Assembly: GCA_963726195.1 (NCBI GenBank)
Contig: CAVSBO010000003.1
Span: 1 to 64,000, forward strand
Source of the DNA: Candidatus Thorarchaeota archaeon
GTDB lineage: Archaea > Asgardarchaeota > Thorarchaeia > Thorarchaeales > Thorarchaeaceae
DNA length: 64,000 nt
Reading direction: 5' to 3'
The position numbers were made by a program, and so were the translations under genes. The notes below the pieces were generated by a model. The model was not told where the DNA came from and did not search any database. It saw only the letters and a program-made list of their open reading frames with translations. Below, in pieces: positions 13,240 through 23,260 of the stretch (position 1 is its first letter; each line of letters begins with the position of its first letter).

Positions 13240-13635
13240 TCAGGGTTGCTTCTTCCCTTTTTCCTTCCCCTGGGTCTTGCTTTCGTAATCTTCGATTGCC
13301 TTCTGAAGTGCCTCTGCTGCGAGATTGCTGCAGTGCATTTTGTGAGGAGGCAAGCCATCAAGGGCATCCGCTACCATCTTTCGGGTTATCGTCTTTGCTT
13401 CTTCGATTGTCTTGCCCATGGCCATTTGTGTCGTCATGGAAGAAGTGGCTATGGCTGCAACGCATCCGAACGTCTCCACCTTGATGTCCACAATTCTGTC
13501 GTCTTCCACTCTTATGAAAAGCCTAAGCATGTCACCACACACCGGGTTACCGACTGTGCCGACACCATCAGCATCTTCGATTCTACCCATGTTCTGGGGA
13601 TTCTTGAACTCCCGCATGACTTTGTCCGTGTACAT
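13240..13635 (-). CDS. iscU: Fe-S cluster scaffold IscU/NifU
   Basis: GNPVCGD, FGCVAAIATSS, LPPHKMHCS. Confidence 0.96.
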   Translation of the reverse strand: MYTDKVMREFKNPQNMGRIEDADGVGTVGNPVCGDMLRLFIRVEDDRIVDIKVETFGCVAAIATSSMTTQMAMGKTIEEAKTITRKMVADALDGLPPHKMHCSNLAAEALQKAIEDYESKTQGKEKGKKQP

Positions 13636-13690
13636 TTGTATTCCTCCAACGACTCACACGAATGGAGTACGGTGATTTCCATGACTTGAC

Positions 13691-14923
13691 CTATCTTCGT
13701 TCTGAATCCTCGTCGTCCTCGGAGCAACTTTCCTCTTCATCGTGATTGGTCTCAGACCCCGCCATGAAGTATTCGCCTCTTTTGAGAGGACTGAACTCAC
13801 GTAATCGATTCACTATCGGTATGAGCGCCTCAACAAACCCGTCGATTTGTTCTCTCGTGTTGAAACGAGATAACGAAACCCTCACAGACCCATGAGCGAC
13901 TTCAGGTCTCAAACCGATTGCCTTCAGTACGTGACTGCCTTGGAGGGTCTTTGATGAGCACGCAGAACCGGTGGAGATTGCGAACCCGTTCATATCGAGT
14001 TCGACAAGCATGGATTCTCCTTCAATCTGTTCTACAATAATACTGAACAGATTGGGAAGTCTCTTCACTGGGTGTCCCGTCACTTTGTAATCCTCTAGAG
14101 AGGCACTGATTTTCTGCTCTAGATATTGTCTCAGGGAAAGCAGGTTGTCTGACTCGTCCTGGCCCCATGTTTTCACTGCTTCGGCAAAACCAACGGCTCC
14201 CGGGATGTTTTGGACTCCCGGTCTGAGCCTTCTTTCCTCGTCTCCGCCCTCCATGATTCTTTCAACTCTCGTGCCCTTCTTCACAAAAAGCGCACCAATT
14301 CCTTTGGGACCATGGATTACCTGGGCATCTACTGTTACGAGATTAATTGGGACTGCTTGGGTGTCGATGGGCACTTTCATGTAGCTCTGCGTGGCATCTG
14401 TATGGAAAACTATACCACGGGCAGAAGTAATCTTTGCTATCTCTTCAATTGGTTGAAGGGTTCCTATTTCGCCATTGGCGTGTTGAATCGACACCAGAAT
14501 CGTGTCCTTTCTGATTCTCTTCTTCAGCTGACCCACATCTATGAGACCGTATTCGTCCACATCCAAGATGTCGAGCTCAAAGCCCTCCTTCTCAAGAGCC
14601 TTACAAGTTTGCAGCACTGACATGACCTCGATGGGGCTCGTGATTATGTGTTTCCCGCGCTCCTTGTTGGCCAGTGCGACGCCTCTGATGGCAAGGTTGT
14701 TCGACTCTGTTTGTCCTGATGTGAAAACTACTGTCAGAGGATCTGCGTTGATAGAATCAGCAATGACCTTCCTCGCGTTCTCAAGCCCTTTCATTGCTGC
14801 AACGTCTCGGGAATGGCCAAGTTCCGTCCCTGCGGTTCCATAGCTTTCCCTAAAGTAGGGAAGCATCGCCTCGATGACTCGCTCATCCACTCTCGTGGAG
14901 CCGGCATTGTCGAGAAAGGCCAT
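13691..14923 (-). CDS. iscS: Cysteine desulfurase IscS/NifS
   Basis: FLDNAG, TESNN, FHTDATQ, HGPKGIG, STGSACSS, SVRVSLSRFNT. Confidence 0.93.
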   Translation of the reverse strand: MAFLDNAGSTRVDERVIEAMLPYFRESYGTAGTELGHSRDVAAMKGLENARKVIADSINADPLTVVFTSGQTESNNLAIRGVALANKERGKHIITSPIEVMSVLQTCKALEKEGFELDILDVDEYGLIDVGQLKKRIRKDTILVSIQHANGEIGTLQPIEEIAKITSARGIVFHTDATQSYMKVPIDTQAVPINLVTVDAQVIHGPKGIGALFVKKGTRVERIMEGGDEERRLRPGVQNIPGAVGFAEAVKTWGQDESDNLLSLRQYLEQKISASLEDYKVTGHPVKRLPNLFSIIVEQIEGESMLVELDMNGFAISTGSACSSKTLQGSHVLKAIGLRPEVAHGSVRVSLSRFNTREQIDGFVEALIPIVNRLREFSPLKRGEYFMAGSETNHDEEESCSEDDEDSERR

Positions 14924-14924
14924 G

Positions 14925-15380
14925 TTATCTTCCTCCGTCCTTGCAGGCTCGACACTCCTCCTCCACTTCCTCGCACTGCCCTCGATGAACATCGCACATG
15001 ATTCCAGCATCTCTCAAGGCTCTGATGAGTCGGTTGACTTCCTTCGTCATGGCTTGATACACGTACTTGTCGGGCTCTCTAGCCTGCCATGCCTTTATCA
15101 TAGCGTCAACTGATTTCTCAATCTCCGGGATGAAAGAATCCGGTATCTCGATGACGTCGCCCCGAGATCTCTTCGACTTCGCTAACTTGTATTGCGTGAC
15201 CGCTGGTTCGGTTACTCCGAGGATGCCTGCTATGTCCTTCTGTGGTATACCCTTCTTGATCATCAAGCGAGCCATCACCCTTCGAAGAGATGGAAGAACG
15301 TACCATACTTCGAGCTCTTGCGGCATTAGCCATGTTCTTCGCTTGACCTGCTTCTTTTTCCGTTTTTGTGCTTCCGACAC
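14925..15380 (-). CDS. Archaeal HTH transcriptional regulator with C-terminal Cys/His cluster (COG2522-like)
   Basis: PQELEVWYVLPSLR, QKDIAGILGVTEPAVTQY HTH, CDVH...C....CRAC. Confidence 0.85.
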   Translation of the reverse strand: MSEAQKRKKKQVKRRTWLMPQELEVWYVLPSLRRVMARLMIKKGIPQKDIAGILGVTEPAVTQYKLAKSKRSRGDVIEIPDSFIPEIEKSVDAMIKAWQAREPDKYVYQAMTKEVNRLIRALRDAGIMCDVHRGQCEEVEEECRACKDGGR

Positions 15381-15407
15381 GGCAATCTCTCGGGTAGACG
15401 CAATTTC

Positions 15408-15457
15408 ACAATAGTTCAGATGCGTCCTAACAATAGTGAAGAGAATTCACTAATAAG
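15408..15457 (-). promoter_or_regulatory. Candidate promoter/operator of the regulator-iscS-iscU operon
   Basis: Inverted repeat TAGTGAA-N5-TTCACTA (15434-15452), direct repeat ACAATAGT at 15408 and 15430, and an adjacent TTATTA TATA-like element on the minus strand. Confidence 0.45.
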
Positions 15458-15691
15458 GATTCCCTTGTGTGGAAGGAACAAATGATCTGAGCTCAGCTAA
15501 CTCGCAATTTCCGAGGATTCGTGTCAGCTGTAGGTCTCAGTCATTGTGCTGAACGGATGTGATTCGAATGACACCTCGTCTGATTGTCAAACAGGAGACG
15601 AAGATAGATGAGCGCGTAGTGGGCAGTTCCTACATGAAGAGTTAAATCCAAGCGCGAAGGACATGCCCCAAGTCAAATCGGAGGACAAATC

Positions 15692-16087
15692 GTGTCAGTC
15701 TTTCTAGGCATTGAACATGCTGGCGTTGTCGCCAAGGATACTGTTACTCTTTCGAAATGGTACGCGCAGACCTTCGGCATGGTCGAAGTCTACAACAACA
15801 AGAAGACCCCACCTACCATATTCATGAAGGCCCCCAACGGCATGATGATAGAGTTCGTTCCAATCGCAGGAAAGCCGAAGACTCTTCCTGAGGAAAAGGA
15901 TGAGGGTTGGAGGCACGTTGCCATTTCGGTGAAGAAAATCGAGAGCGCCATAGCTGAGCTGGACAAGAAGGGAGTCCAGTGGGTTGGTGAGATGAAGAGT
16001 AGCCCTGAGACTGGCGTGAAGGCTCGCTTCTTCAGAGACCCTGAAGGTAACATTCTCCATATAATCGAACGACCTAAGCCATTGTGA
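15692..16087 (+). CDS. VOC/glyoxalase family protein
   Basis: IEHAG, IEF, RHVAISV, FFRDPEGNILHI. Confidence 0.9.
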   Translation: MSVFLGIEHAGVVAKDTVTLSKWYAQTFGMVEVYNNKKTPPTIFMKAPNGMMIEFVPIAGKPKTLPEEKDEGWRHVAISVKKIESAIAELDKKGVQWVGEMKSSPETGVKARFFRDPEGNILHIIERPKPL

Positions 16088-16264
16088 ACGACTTGTCTGA
16101 ATTTCGACTCATTCGGTCATAACCACCCTCTGCTGGCCAAGAAGCCGATTCGCAAGCGAGAGTTGTGGTCTTAGTGTTTCGTTCCGGTCTAGTGGCCCCG
16201 GAACATCGAATCGGCAATACATAATAGTAGGAAGAGAGTGGCTCCCTGACCTAGGTGCAACTCC

Positions 16265-17260
16265 TTGAAAGTCTTGGTGACGGGAGCCACGGGCTTCATC
16301 GGGCATAAGATGGTCAATCGCCTTCTGAACGACGGCTACGAAGTTGCGGCTTTGGTTCGAAGCACAAGCAAAACTGAGGATCTGCCTGGTCAAGTCGAAC
16401 TCAGAGCTGGAGACATGCTCGATGAGAAGAGCTTGGAAGCCGCTGTGAAAGGTGTCGATGCAGTGATTCACCTTGCTGCATACTTCGATTTCTATCCGCG
16501 CGACAAGAAGCAGATGTTCCGAGTCAATGTCAACGGCACACGTGCCATGATGAATGCTTGCATCGGAACATCGGTCGAGAGGTTCATCTATTGTTCGTCA
16601 ACGGAGGCGATAGGTCCTGTCAAGCACCCACCCGGCAGCGAGGAAACCGAACTCAGGCCGACCTATGACTATGGTCGTAGCAAGGTGATGGCCGAGAACG
16701 CGGTTAGAGAGATAAGCAGTGACGCGGGCTTGCCTCACATGATAATCAGACCGACAGGCGTTATGGGAGAGGGCGACTTCTATTCGGCGTATGAGTTGAT
16801 TAAGAATCTCAATGACCGGGCAGTCCCTGTTCTGCCTGGTGACGGCCAGAAACACATAATGTACTCACATGTTGATGATGTTGTAGACGGTTTCACCAAG
16901 GCTCTGACCTCCCGTACTGCGCTGAACAACACGATAATACTATGCCCCAACGAGCCCATCACGTACAAGGATCTGATAGAGTTCATTGCAGGTTGCCTCG
17001 GCGTAAAACCGCCGACAAGATATATCCCAACCTCCCTTGCCAAATTCGGCATTGGTCTTATGAGTCCATTCAAGAACCGACATGGAACCACCTTCCTCTG
17101 GCACAGACAGACCATTCAGAGCATGGTTGAAGATCGATGGTACACGAATGAGAAGGCGAAGCGGCTCTTAGGATGGTCTCCTCACTACACAATGGTGGAT
17201 TGCATTAAGAGAACGGTAGACTGGTACTTCGCCAACGGTCATTTGGAAAAGAAGGCGTGA
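16265..17260 (+). CDS. NAD-dependent epimerase/dehydratase (extended SDR)
   Basis: TGATGFIG, HLAA, YGRSK. Confidence 0.92.
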   Translation: MKVLVTGATGFIGHKMVNRLLNDGYEVAALVRSTSKTEDLPGQVELRAGDMLDEKSLEAAVKGVDAVIHLAAYFDFYPRDKKQMFRVNVNGTRAMMNACIGTSVERFIYCSSTEAIGPVKHPPGSEETELRPTYDYGRSKVMAENAVREISSDAGLPHMIIRPTGVMGEGDFYSAYELIKNLNDRAVPVLPGDGQKHIMYSHVDDVVDGFTKALTSRTALNNTIILCPNEPITYKDLIEFIAGCLGVKPPTRYIPTSLAKFGIGLMSPFKNRHGTTFLWHRQTIQSMVEDRWYTNEKAKRLLGWSPHYTMVDCIKRTVDWYFANGHLEKKA

Positions 17261-17263
17261 AGA

Positions 17264-18862
17264 ATGGAAGCTCTTCTAGGTCTGCTCCTGATAGTGCTCC
17301 CCATAGCACTAGCTCTTGTCATGCTTGTCTTCCTGCACAGAGCTGCGGACACGACCGGAGTAGTCGTTTGGTTCGTAACAGTCGCAATCGCGGTATTTGC
17401 CTTTCAAACAGATTTCATCGTTGCGCTGACCGCCAGCGTCGCTGGCATCGTCAAATCATTCCCAATATCGCTAATGGTTGCAACATCGATACTCATGATG
17501 ACATACATGCAGGAAACTGGTTCGCTTCAAAGGCTCGTTGTCTTCTTCAAGACACTCGGCGGCGGTAGCAGGCCGATGCAGATTATGATCATCAGTCTTG
17601 GCCTAGGCTTGTTCCTCGTTGGCATTGGTGCGACGCCGGTCTCAATGCTGCCGCCAGTCATGCTCGCACTTGGGTTTAGCCCGCTTGTGGCCGTCGCCCT
17701 TCCTGCGATAGGATACGACCCGTTGACCACGTTTGCGTTGCTGGGTGTGCCGGCAGTTGTGTTCAGGGATACGTACTCGCAGGTCAGCGGCGTCAACGTT
17801 CCACTCTGGCAGGCCGGATCAGTCTTTGCGCTCTACATGCCCATCGTCACAACAGGTATTGCAATATCGATGCTTTGGATTGGAGGAGGCCGCCAGCTAG
17901 TCAAGAGCAGGGAAGGTATCCTGCTTGCTGTCCTCTGCGGCCTGACTGCCGGTTTCGTGTCAATCATATGCAATACAGCACTTGTGAACCAGACGACGCT
18001 GACCGACGTTTTTGCGGGCGCAGCAGTTCTGCTGGTTCTCTTTGTCTACAACAAGGCCCGACATCGTCCGCTCGTAGACAAGAGCGTCTTGACCGAGAAC
18101 GACAACGTAGTTGTGGGCTCGATGAGTCTGAAGCGCGCCAGCATTCCTTGGGTGATTCTTGTGATTCTATGTCTGATTACCAATCTCATTCCATACGTTA
18201 GAGACGTTCTGTACACACAGCTTGACGTGAAGATCATAGTTGGCAGTTATCCGGCTGCCATTAGCACAAGAGTCCTGTGGCAGGCATACACTCTCATGTT
18301 GATTGCAACCGCCTTATCTATTCCATTCCTCAAGCGAGATAAGACGACACTCCGGAACGTGTTCGGCAAGTTCATGAAACGTGCACCAAGGCCGGTACTT
18401 GCCGCTGCAATCTTCTTTGCCATGGCTGAGGTCATGAACTATAGCGGCTACTACTTGGACTTGGGCAAATGGACGTTTCCTGCTGGCGATCCTACAAACA
18501 ACATGGTCTACCTGCTTGCAACGGTGACCTCTGCAACACTGGGTCGCGGATATCCTCTGACCGCGGCGTTCCTCGGACTGCTGGCTGGCTTCATTTCGGG
18601 ATCCGAGACGTCGGCGATAGCAATGTTCACGAAGTATCACCAAGAGGCGAGCACATTGATTGGAGCAAACTCAATCGTAGTTGCGGCTTCCAATGGTATT
18701 GGTGGCGGTTTGGCTAGCGTCCTGAGCCCGGCAAAGATTCAGAATGCTGCTGCGGTCATTGACCAGATTGGCATCGAAGGTCGGGTTATCCGCTACGGTG
18801 CAGTGGTGGCAATCCTGATGACAGCAGTTGTGGCAATAATGACGATGCTATGGGCATTCTGA
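17264..18862 (+). CDS. lctP: L-lactate permease family transporter
   Basis: Polytopic. GFISGSETSA and LSPAKIQNAAA motifs of LctP. Confidence 0.8.
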   Translation: MEALLGLLLIVLPIALALVMLVFLHRAADTTGVVVWFVTVAIAVFAFQTDFIVALTASVAGIVKSFPISLMVATSILMMTYMQETGSLQRLVVFFKTLGGGSRPMQIMIISLGLGLFLVGIGATPVSMLPPVMLALGFSPLVAVALPAIGYDPLTTFALLGVPAVVFRDTYSQVSGVNVPLWQAGSVFALYMPIVTTGIAISMLWIGGGRQLVKSREGILLAVLCGLTAGFVSIICNTALVNQTTLTDVFAGAAVLLVLFVYNKARHRPLVDKSVLTENDNVVVGSMSLKRASIPWVILVILCLITNLIPYVRDVLYTQLDVKIIVGSYPAAISTRVLWQAYTLMLIATALSIPFLKRDKTTLRNVFGKFMKRAPRPVLAAAIFFAMAEVMNYSGYYLDLGKWTFPAGDPTNNMVYLLATVTSATLGRGYPLTAAFLGLLAGFISGSETSAIAMFTKYHQEASTLIGANSIVVAASNGIGGGLASVLSPAKIQNAAAVIDQIGIEGRVIRYGAVVAILMTAVVAIMTMLWAF

Positions 18863-18941
18863 CCACGCCGGCGTGCAGTCTCGGCAAATGCCAATTGCAC
18901 TAAAGAAGCCTTGCGCCAGTTAGAAGTAACTCGTGCTTACC

Positions 18942-19745
18942 CTACGTCGATTCTTGTTCAGGAGAGGTATGATTTGAGGGCTCCATGCGCTTTCCCTTTT
19001 CCAGGAGATCTACTACGTCATCTACGAAACTGAAGTATCGGCCGCTCCGGCATTGATCAATCCTCGGACGTGGGACGTCGACTTGGATTTCCCCGATGAG
19101 TCTGCCGGGTCTGGGGGACATGACTAGCACTCTGTCCGCCATCAGCACAGCCTCTTCCACATTGTGGCTGACCATTATGAAAGTGTTGGGTGGCTCCGGG
19201 TCGCGCCAGATTCTCAGAACCATCTCACGCAGTGTCTTCGCGGTCAGTTCATCTAAGGAGGAGAACGGCTCATCCATGAGAAGAATATCTGGCTTCAGTG
19301 CAAGAGCACGCGCAATACCGACCCGCTGCTTCATGCCGCCAGAGAGGTCATGTGGATAGGTATTCTCAAAGCCATCCAGCTCGACATTGTGCAGGTTCTC
19401 CAGAGCGCGATTATAACGTGTCTGACCGTCGAGACCGGTGATTTCCAAAGGGAGCGTAACATTCTCCAATGCTGTCTTCCAAGGCAGCAATCCAAACAGC
19501 TGAAAAACCATCGTGATTTTCTGGATAGGTTTGGTGACCGGACTGCCTTTGTATAGTATGCGACCCGAATCCGCCTGTTCCAACCCAGCTGCTATGCGAA
19601 GCAGCGTTGACTTGCCGCACCCGGAGGGTCCGACAATGCACACGAATTCCTCGTCGACGGAGAACGAGACGTTTTGCAGGACTTCGATTCGCGTCGTTTC
19701 CTTTGCAAAGCTCTTGAATATGGAATCGATTTCAAACACCGCCAT
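18942..19745 (-). CDS. ABC transporter ATP-binding protein, NitT/TauT type
   Basis: GPSGCGKST, LSGGMKQR, LLMDEPF, SHN. Confidence 0.93.
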   Translation of the reverse strand: MAVFEIDSIFKSFAKETTRIEVLQNVSFSVDEEFVCIVGPSGCGKSTLLRIAAGLEQADSGRILYKGSPVTKPIQKITMVFQLFGLLPWKTALENVTLPLEITGLDGQTRYNRALENLHNVELDGFENTYPHDLSGGMKQRVGIARALALKPDILLMDEPFSSLDELTAKTLREMVLRIWRDPEPPNTFIMVSHNVEEAVLMADRVLVMSPRPGRLIGEIQVDVPRPRIDQCRSGRYFSFVDDVVDLLEKGKRMEPSNHTSPEQEST

Positions 19746-19747
19746 GC

Positions 19748-21400
19748 CTAGCCCATCACCTCGTGCTTTTCTCCCCTTTTCATTAATGGTCTCCAAATGA
19801 GGCCCTCCATTGTCAGTACTATGGCGGCCACGACCGCGAGTAGTATGACGAGGACGACAGTATTGCCGTAGTAGTACCCTGCTCGGTCCATGAACGAACC
19901 GATACCTGGCACATACGCAGGTGGGATCGTCTCGAGATACTCTGCAAAGATGACTGTATTCCAGCCCGTCCCCCACGATAATATGCTGCCTGTCACGATG
20001 GCTGGCGTAATAGAGGGCAATATGATGTGCCTGATTCGGTACCATCCTTTGTAACCAAAGACTTGACCGACTTCACGAATCTCGCTCGGTATCACCTTCA
20101 CTGCACTGACGATGTTCATGAACATGTACCAAATCATGTCCAATACAAGCATCAGGATGCAGGTCACCTCGAGGGCGGCTGCAGTGGATGTGAACAGCCC
20201 ACTCAAACCGAGGTAAATCACGGGGAAGAGAGCAAGAATAGGTACGCCTTGGCCTACGTCGTAGATTGGATAGAGGATTCTAGCTGCCCCCTTGTGCTCC
20301 GCAGCCAAAACCCCTAACGCGATAGCTACCACCAATGCGATCAAGTAGGCAACAGTGAGGCGGCTCATGGTCAGAATAATCATTATTGGGAGATTGATCA
20401 GCTCGTTTGCCGGCTGTTCTGACAAGCCTTGTAGAATAAGTGCACCCGTCGGAAGCTGAAAAACGAGAATGTATGCAATCACAATTGCTGCCGAGACGCC
20501 AATTACAGTCACGATGCTTTTCTCCACGCGAGAGTACTTATGCAATCGTTGCCGTGCGCCCGCGAAGGGTCGAGACCAATGAGCTCCTTCCAATCGAAGC
20601 CGCTGCGTCACCTTTGCAAAACCAACGTTCCCGGGTGTTGAAACCTGTCTTCTGAAGATGGGCCGATAGACCTCGGAGCTTGTGCGCTCCATGAGCTGCT
20701 CCCATGTTATTCTGTTGAAGTAAATCACGATGAAGGTAATATACAATAGCAGGTTGATGGACAACACAATGTCTTGACGCTGAAACGCGGCGACAGCAAG
20801 TAGGTATCCTAGCCCACCAGATGGCGGCGAGATTATGCTGTTGTGATACGTAATGTACTCCGCTGCAATGATAAAGAACCAACCATCACACCATGCGAGG
20901 TTTCCTCCCGAGACGAGGGCAGGCCGGATTGATGGAAGCACAATGTGCCTGACGTATGGCCATCCCACTATGCCAAAACTTCGCCCTGCTTCTGTGACGC
21001 TGGGAGAGATACTCCGAACCGCCCCCACGACCCCGAAGAAGATGGACCACGCCATGGATGTGAAGAGCAAGACGATAACGGCCAATTCTATACCAAAGGC
21101 TCCCCAAACAAACAGAACAGCGATAACCATCGGGAAGTATCCCAGAATGGGCAGAGACTGCAAGAGATCAACGATGGGGACGATGACACGCGAGGCAGTT
21201 TTATTCATAGCGCACAAGATACCGAATGAAGCACCCCACGCAATGGAAATGAGCAAAGTGATTCCGATTCGAATGACCGTGCTAAGGGTGTACCATGGAA
21301 GGAGCTTGACCTCCGGATATGGCTCGATGGCCGCGATGTAGAATGCGGCGGCTATAAGGACAGCCACACCTCCGAATAGACTCAGAAGGTACCTTCGCAT
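19748..21400 (-). CDS. ABC transporter permease, NitT/TauT type with duplicated domain
   Basis: Two permease halves with EAA-like motifs (EAGRSFG, EVGQVFG; RHIVLPSI, RHIILPSI). Confidence 0.9.
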   Translation of the reverse strand: MRRYLLSLFGGVAVLIAAAFYIAAIEPYPEVKLLPWYTLSTVIRIGITLLISIAWGASFGILCAMNKTASRVIVPIVDLLQSLPILGYFPMVIAVLFVWGAFGIELAVIVLLFTSMAWSIFFGVVGAVRSISPSVTEAGRSFGIVGWPYVRHIVLPSIRPALVSGGNLAWCDGWFFIIAAEYITYHNSIISPPSGGLGYLLAVAAFQRQDIVLSINLLLYITFIVIYFNRITWEQLMERTSSEVYRPIFRRQVSTPGNVGFAKVTQRLRLEGAHWSRPFAGARQRLHKYSRVEKSIVTVIGVSAAIVIAYILVFQLPTGALILQGLSEQPANELINLPIMIILTMSRLTVAYLIALVVAIALGVLAAEHKGAARILYPIYDVGQGVPILALFPVIYLGLSGLFTSTAAALEVTCILMLVLDMIWYMFMNIVSAVKVIPSEIREVGQVFGYKGWYRIRHIILPSITPAIVTGSILSWGTGWNTVIFAEYLETIPPAYVPGIGSFMDRAGYYYGNTVVLVILLAVVAAIVLTMEGLIWRPLMKRGEKHEVMG

Positions 21401-21585
21401 GATTCATTCCTCGTTGTCCTCGAGTTCATTCCAGAGTATGAGTTACCGGGCTCCGACAGCGCAGACATGCGCCTTATACGCATAGAGGTTATGCTGGAGA
21501 ACGCGAGTTGAGACCTATTCAAACTAATCCGAACCAGAGATTGGTCTATATACTCGATGGCTGTTGAGCTGCACAAGTGCTTGAT

Positions 21586-22021
21586 ATGAAGTGGGTGACT
21601 CGAGCGAAGCCTCATGTTGATCGGTGCGCGTCAGCATGGTTAATCAAGAGATTCATCGACAAGACAGCGAAGTTTGATTTCATCAAGAAAGATGATCCAA
21701 TACCTCGAGGGTCCATTGCCTTCACACTACCGGCGGCTCGAGATCAAGCCCGTCGAAGGAAAGAAAACAACGTACGATGTCCTTCTGGCAAAGTACGATG
21801 TTCGTGACCAAGTAGCGATGAGAATAGGTGAGATTATTCATGACTTCGAGATAGATGCGGACGAAGATACAAATCGAGTTGCACTCAAGGAAACGCTGGG
21901 CTTGTGCTATGTTCTCAAGGGCCTTGACCCAACATCGAAGTCGGATTACGAGATAGTTGACAAGGCACTGGTTGTCTTGGACGCCCTCTATGCTACCTTG
22001 AAGGATAAGACCCAACACTGA
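21586..22021 (+). CDS. chrB: ChrB C-terminal-domain (chromate resistance) protein (one frameshift)
   Basis: MKWVTR..PHVDRCASAWLIKRFID signature, then TYDVLLAKY in the second frame. Confidence 0.8.
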
Positions 22022-23257
22022 ATGCTAGGACGGCTTGTCATGTCTGGCAGATTCTACGCAGCACTGTGTGTGACTGGCTTCTTCGCAATTCTCAGCTCCA
22101 CGATGTCGAAGAGCCCTGTCCTTGCTCCGTTCGCAGAGAGTCTCGGAACACCGGTCTACTTGATGGGCTTCGTTGCATCCGCATCGACAATTCCCGGCCT
22201 ACTTGCGAGTCTTCCCGCTGGGTCGCTTTCTGATCGGTTGGGCAGGGGGAAGATGATTGCGGTCGCGGGAATCATATTCGCTACAGCCCCCTTTCTCTAT
22301 CTCTTTGTCACCACTCCTTATCAGTTGATAATGGTCAGGTTCTACCACGGCTTTGCCACAGCTATCCTCGTCCCGGTCGCAAACGCCGCAATTGTGGAGA
22401 TGTATCCTGAGAGCAAGGGACAGAGCGTATCGACGTTTTCATCTTCCACTGCTGTCGGGCGAGCAATTGCTCCTACCCTTGGGGGCTACATGCTTTTGGT
22501 TACGGTTTCGAATTACCACGAGTTATACATAGTTGTCGGGGTTTTCGGTGTCCTCACCCTGGCCGCGGCAGCGGGTTTGCGTGGGAGAAGAGAGTCTTAC
22601 GAGGCGCCGGTCAGCAATGGAGCAACTCCCGGAAGCGCCGTGAAGGGATCGATTGAGGTTGCTTTGAATCGAGGCATAGTCGCGACGAGTCTTGTCGAAG
22701 CGGCACAATACTACACTTATGGCGCGTTTGAATTCTATGTCGTACTCTACGCTCAGTCACTCAACATCGACACGTTTAGAGTCGGCATAGTTCTTGCGGC
22801 TGAAATAGCTACATTTGTTGTTGGCAAGCCCATCTTGGGCGGGCTCTCAGACAGAATAGGAAGAGGACGACCCATTGTGCTCGGATTGGTCGTAGGTGGG
22901 GTGACAATGTTTGCGGCTCAGTTCGCTGTTACATTCTATCAACTCGTCTTGATCGCGGTGCTCTATGGTTTGGGTTTCTCGCTGGTTACGTCTTCAACTC
23001 CTCCCCTCGTCTCAGAATTAGCGCGAAAGGAACTTTACGGGGTGGCGATGGGTTTTCTTGGCACCATCATGGATGTGGGACAAGTGTTAGGACCTATCGT
23101 GACTGGGTTCATTCTCGCCGCAGGATATGGATACTCAGGCTCGTTTATGTCACTGGGCCTCTTGCTTTTTTCAGCTGCAATCATCTTCTCTGGCATTCGT
23201 CACACGTGTAACTTGTCCAGTTCCGAATCCTTATCAGCTGAGGGCACAGGCGAGTGA
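22022..23257 (+). CDS. MFS transporter (12 TM)
   Basis: GSLSDRLGR and GGLSDRIGR motif A in both halves. Confidence 0.92.
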   Translation: MLGRLVMSGRFYAALCVTGFFAILSSTMSKSPVLAPFAESLGTPVYLMGFVASASTIPGLLASLPAGSLSDRLGRGKMIAVAGIIFATAPFLYLFVTTPYQLIMVRFYHGFATAILVPVANAAIVEMYPESKGQSVSTFSSSTAVGRAIAPTLGGYMLLVTVSNYHELYIVVGVFGVLTLAAAAGLRGRRESYEAPVSNGATPGSAVKGSIEVALNRGIVATSLVEAAQYYTYGAFEFYVVLYAQSLNIDTFRVGIVLAAEIATFVVGKPILGGLSDRIGRGRPIVLGLVVGGVTMFAAQFAVTFYQLVLIAVLYGLGFSLVTSSTPPLVSELARKELYGVAMGFLGTIMDVGQVLGPIVTGFILAAGYGYSGSFMSLGLLLFSAAIIFSGIRHTCNLSSSESLSAEGTGE

Positions 23258-23260
23258 GCG

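Noticed and set aside
16160-16200. GGTCTAGTGG tRNA D-loop-like sequence
   Set aside because: No anticodon arm, T-loop (GTTCRA) or acceptor stem in the correct arrangement.
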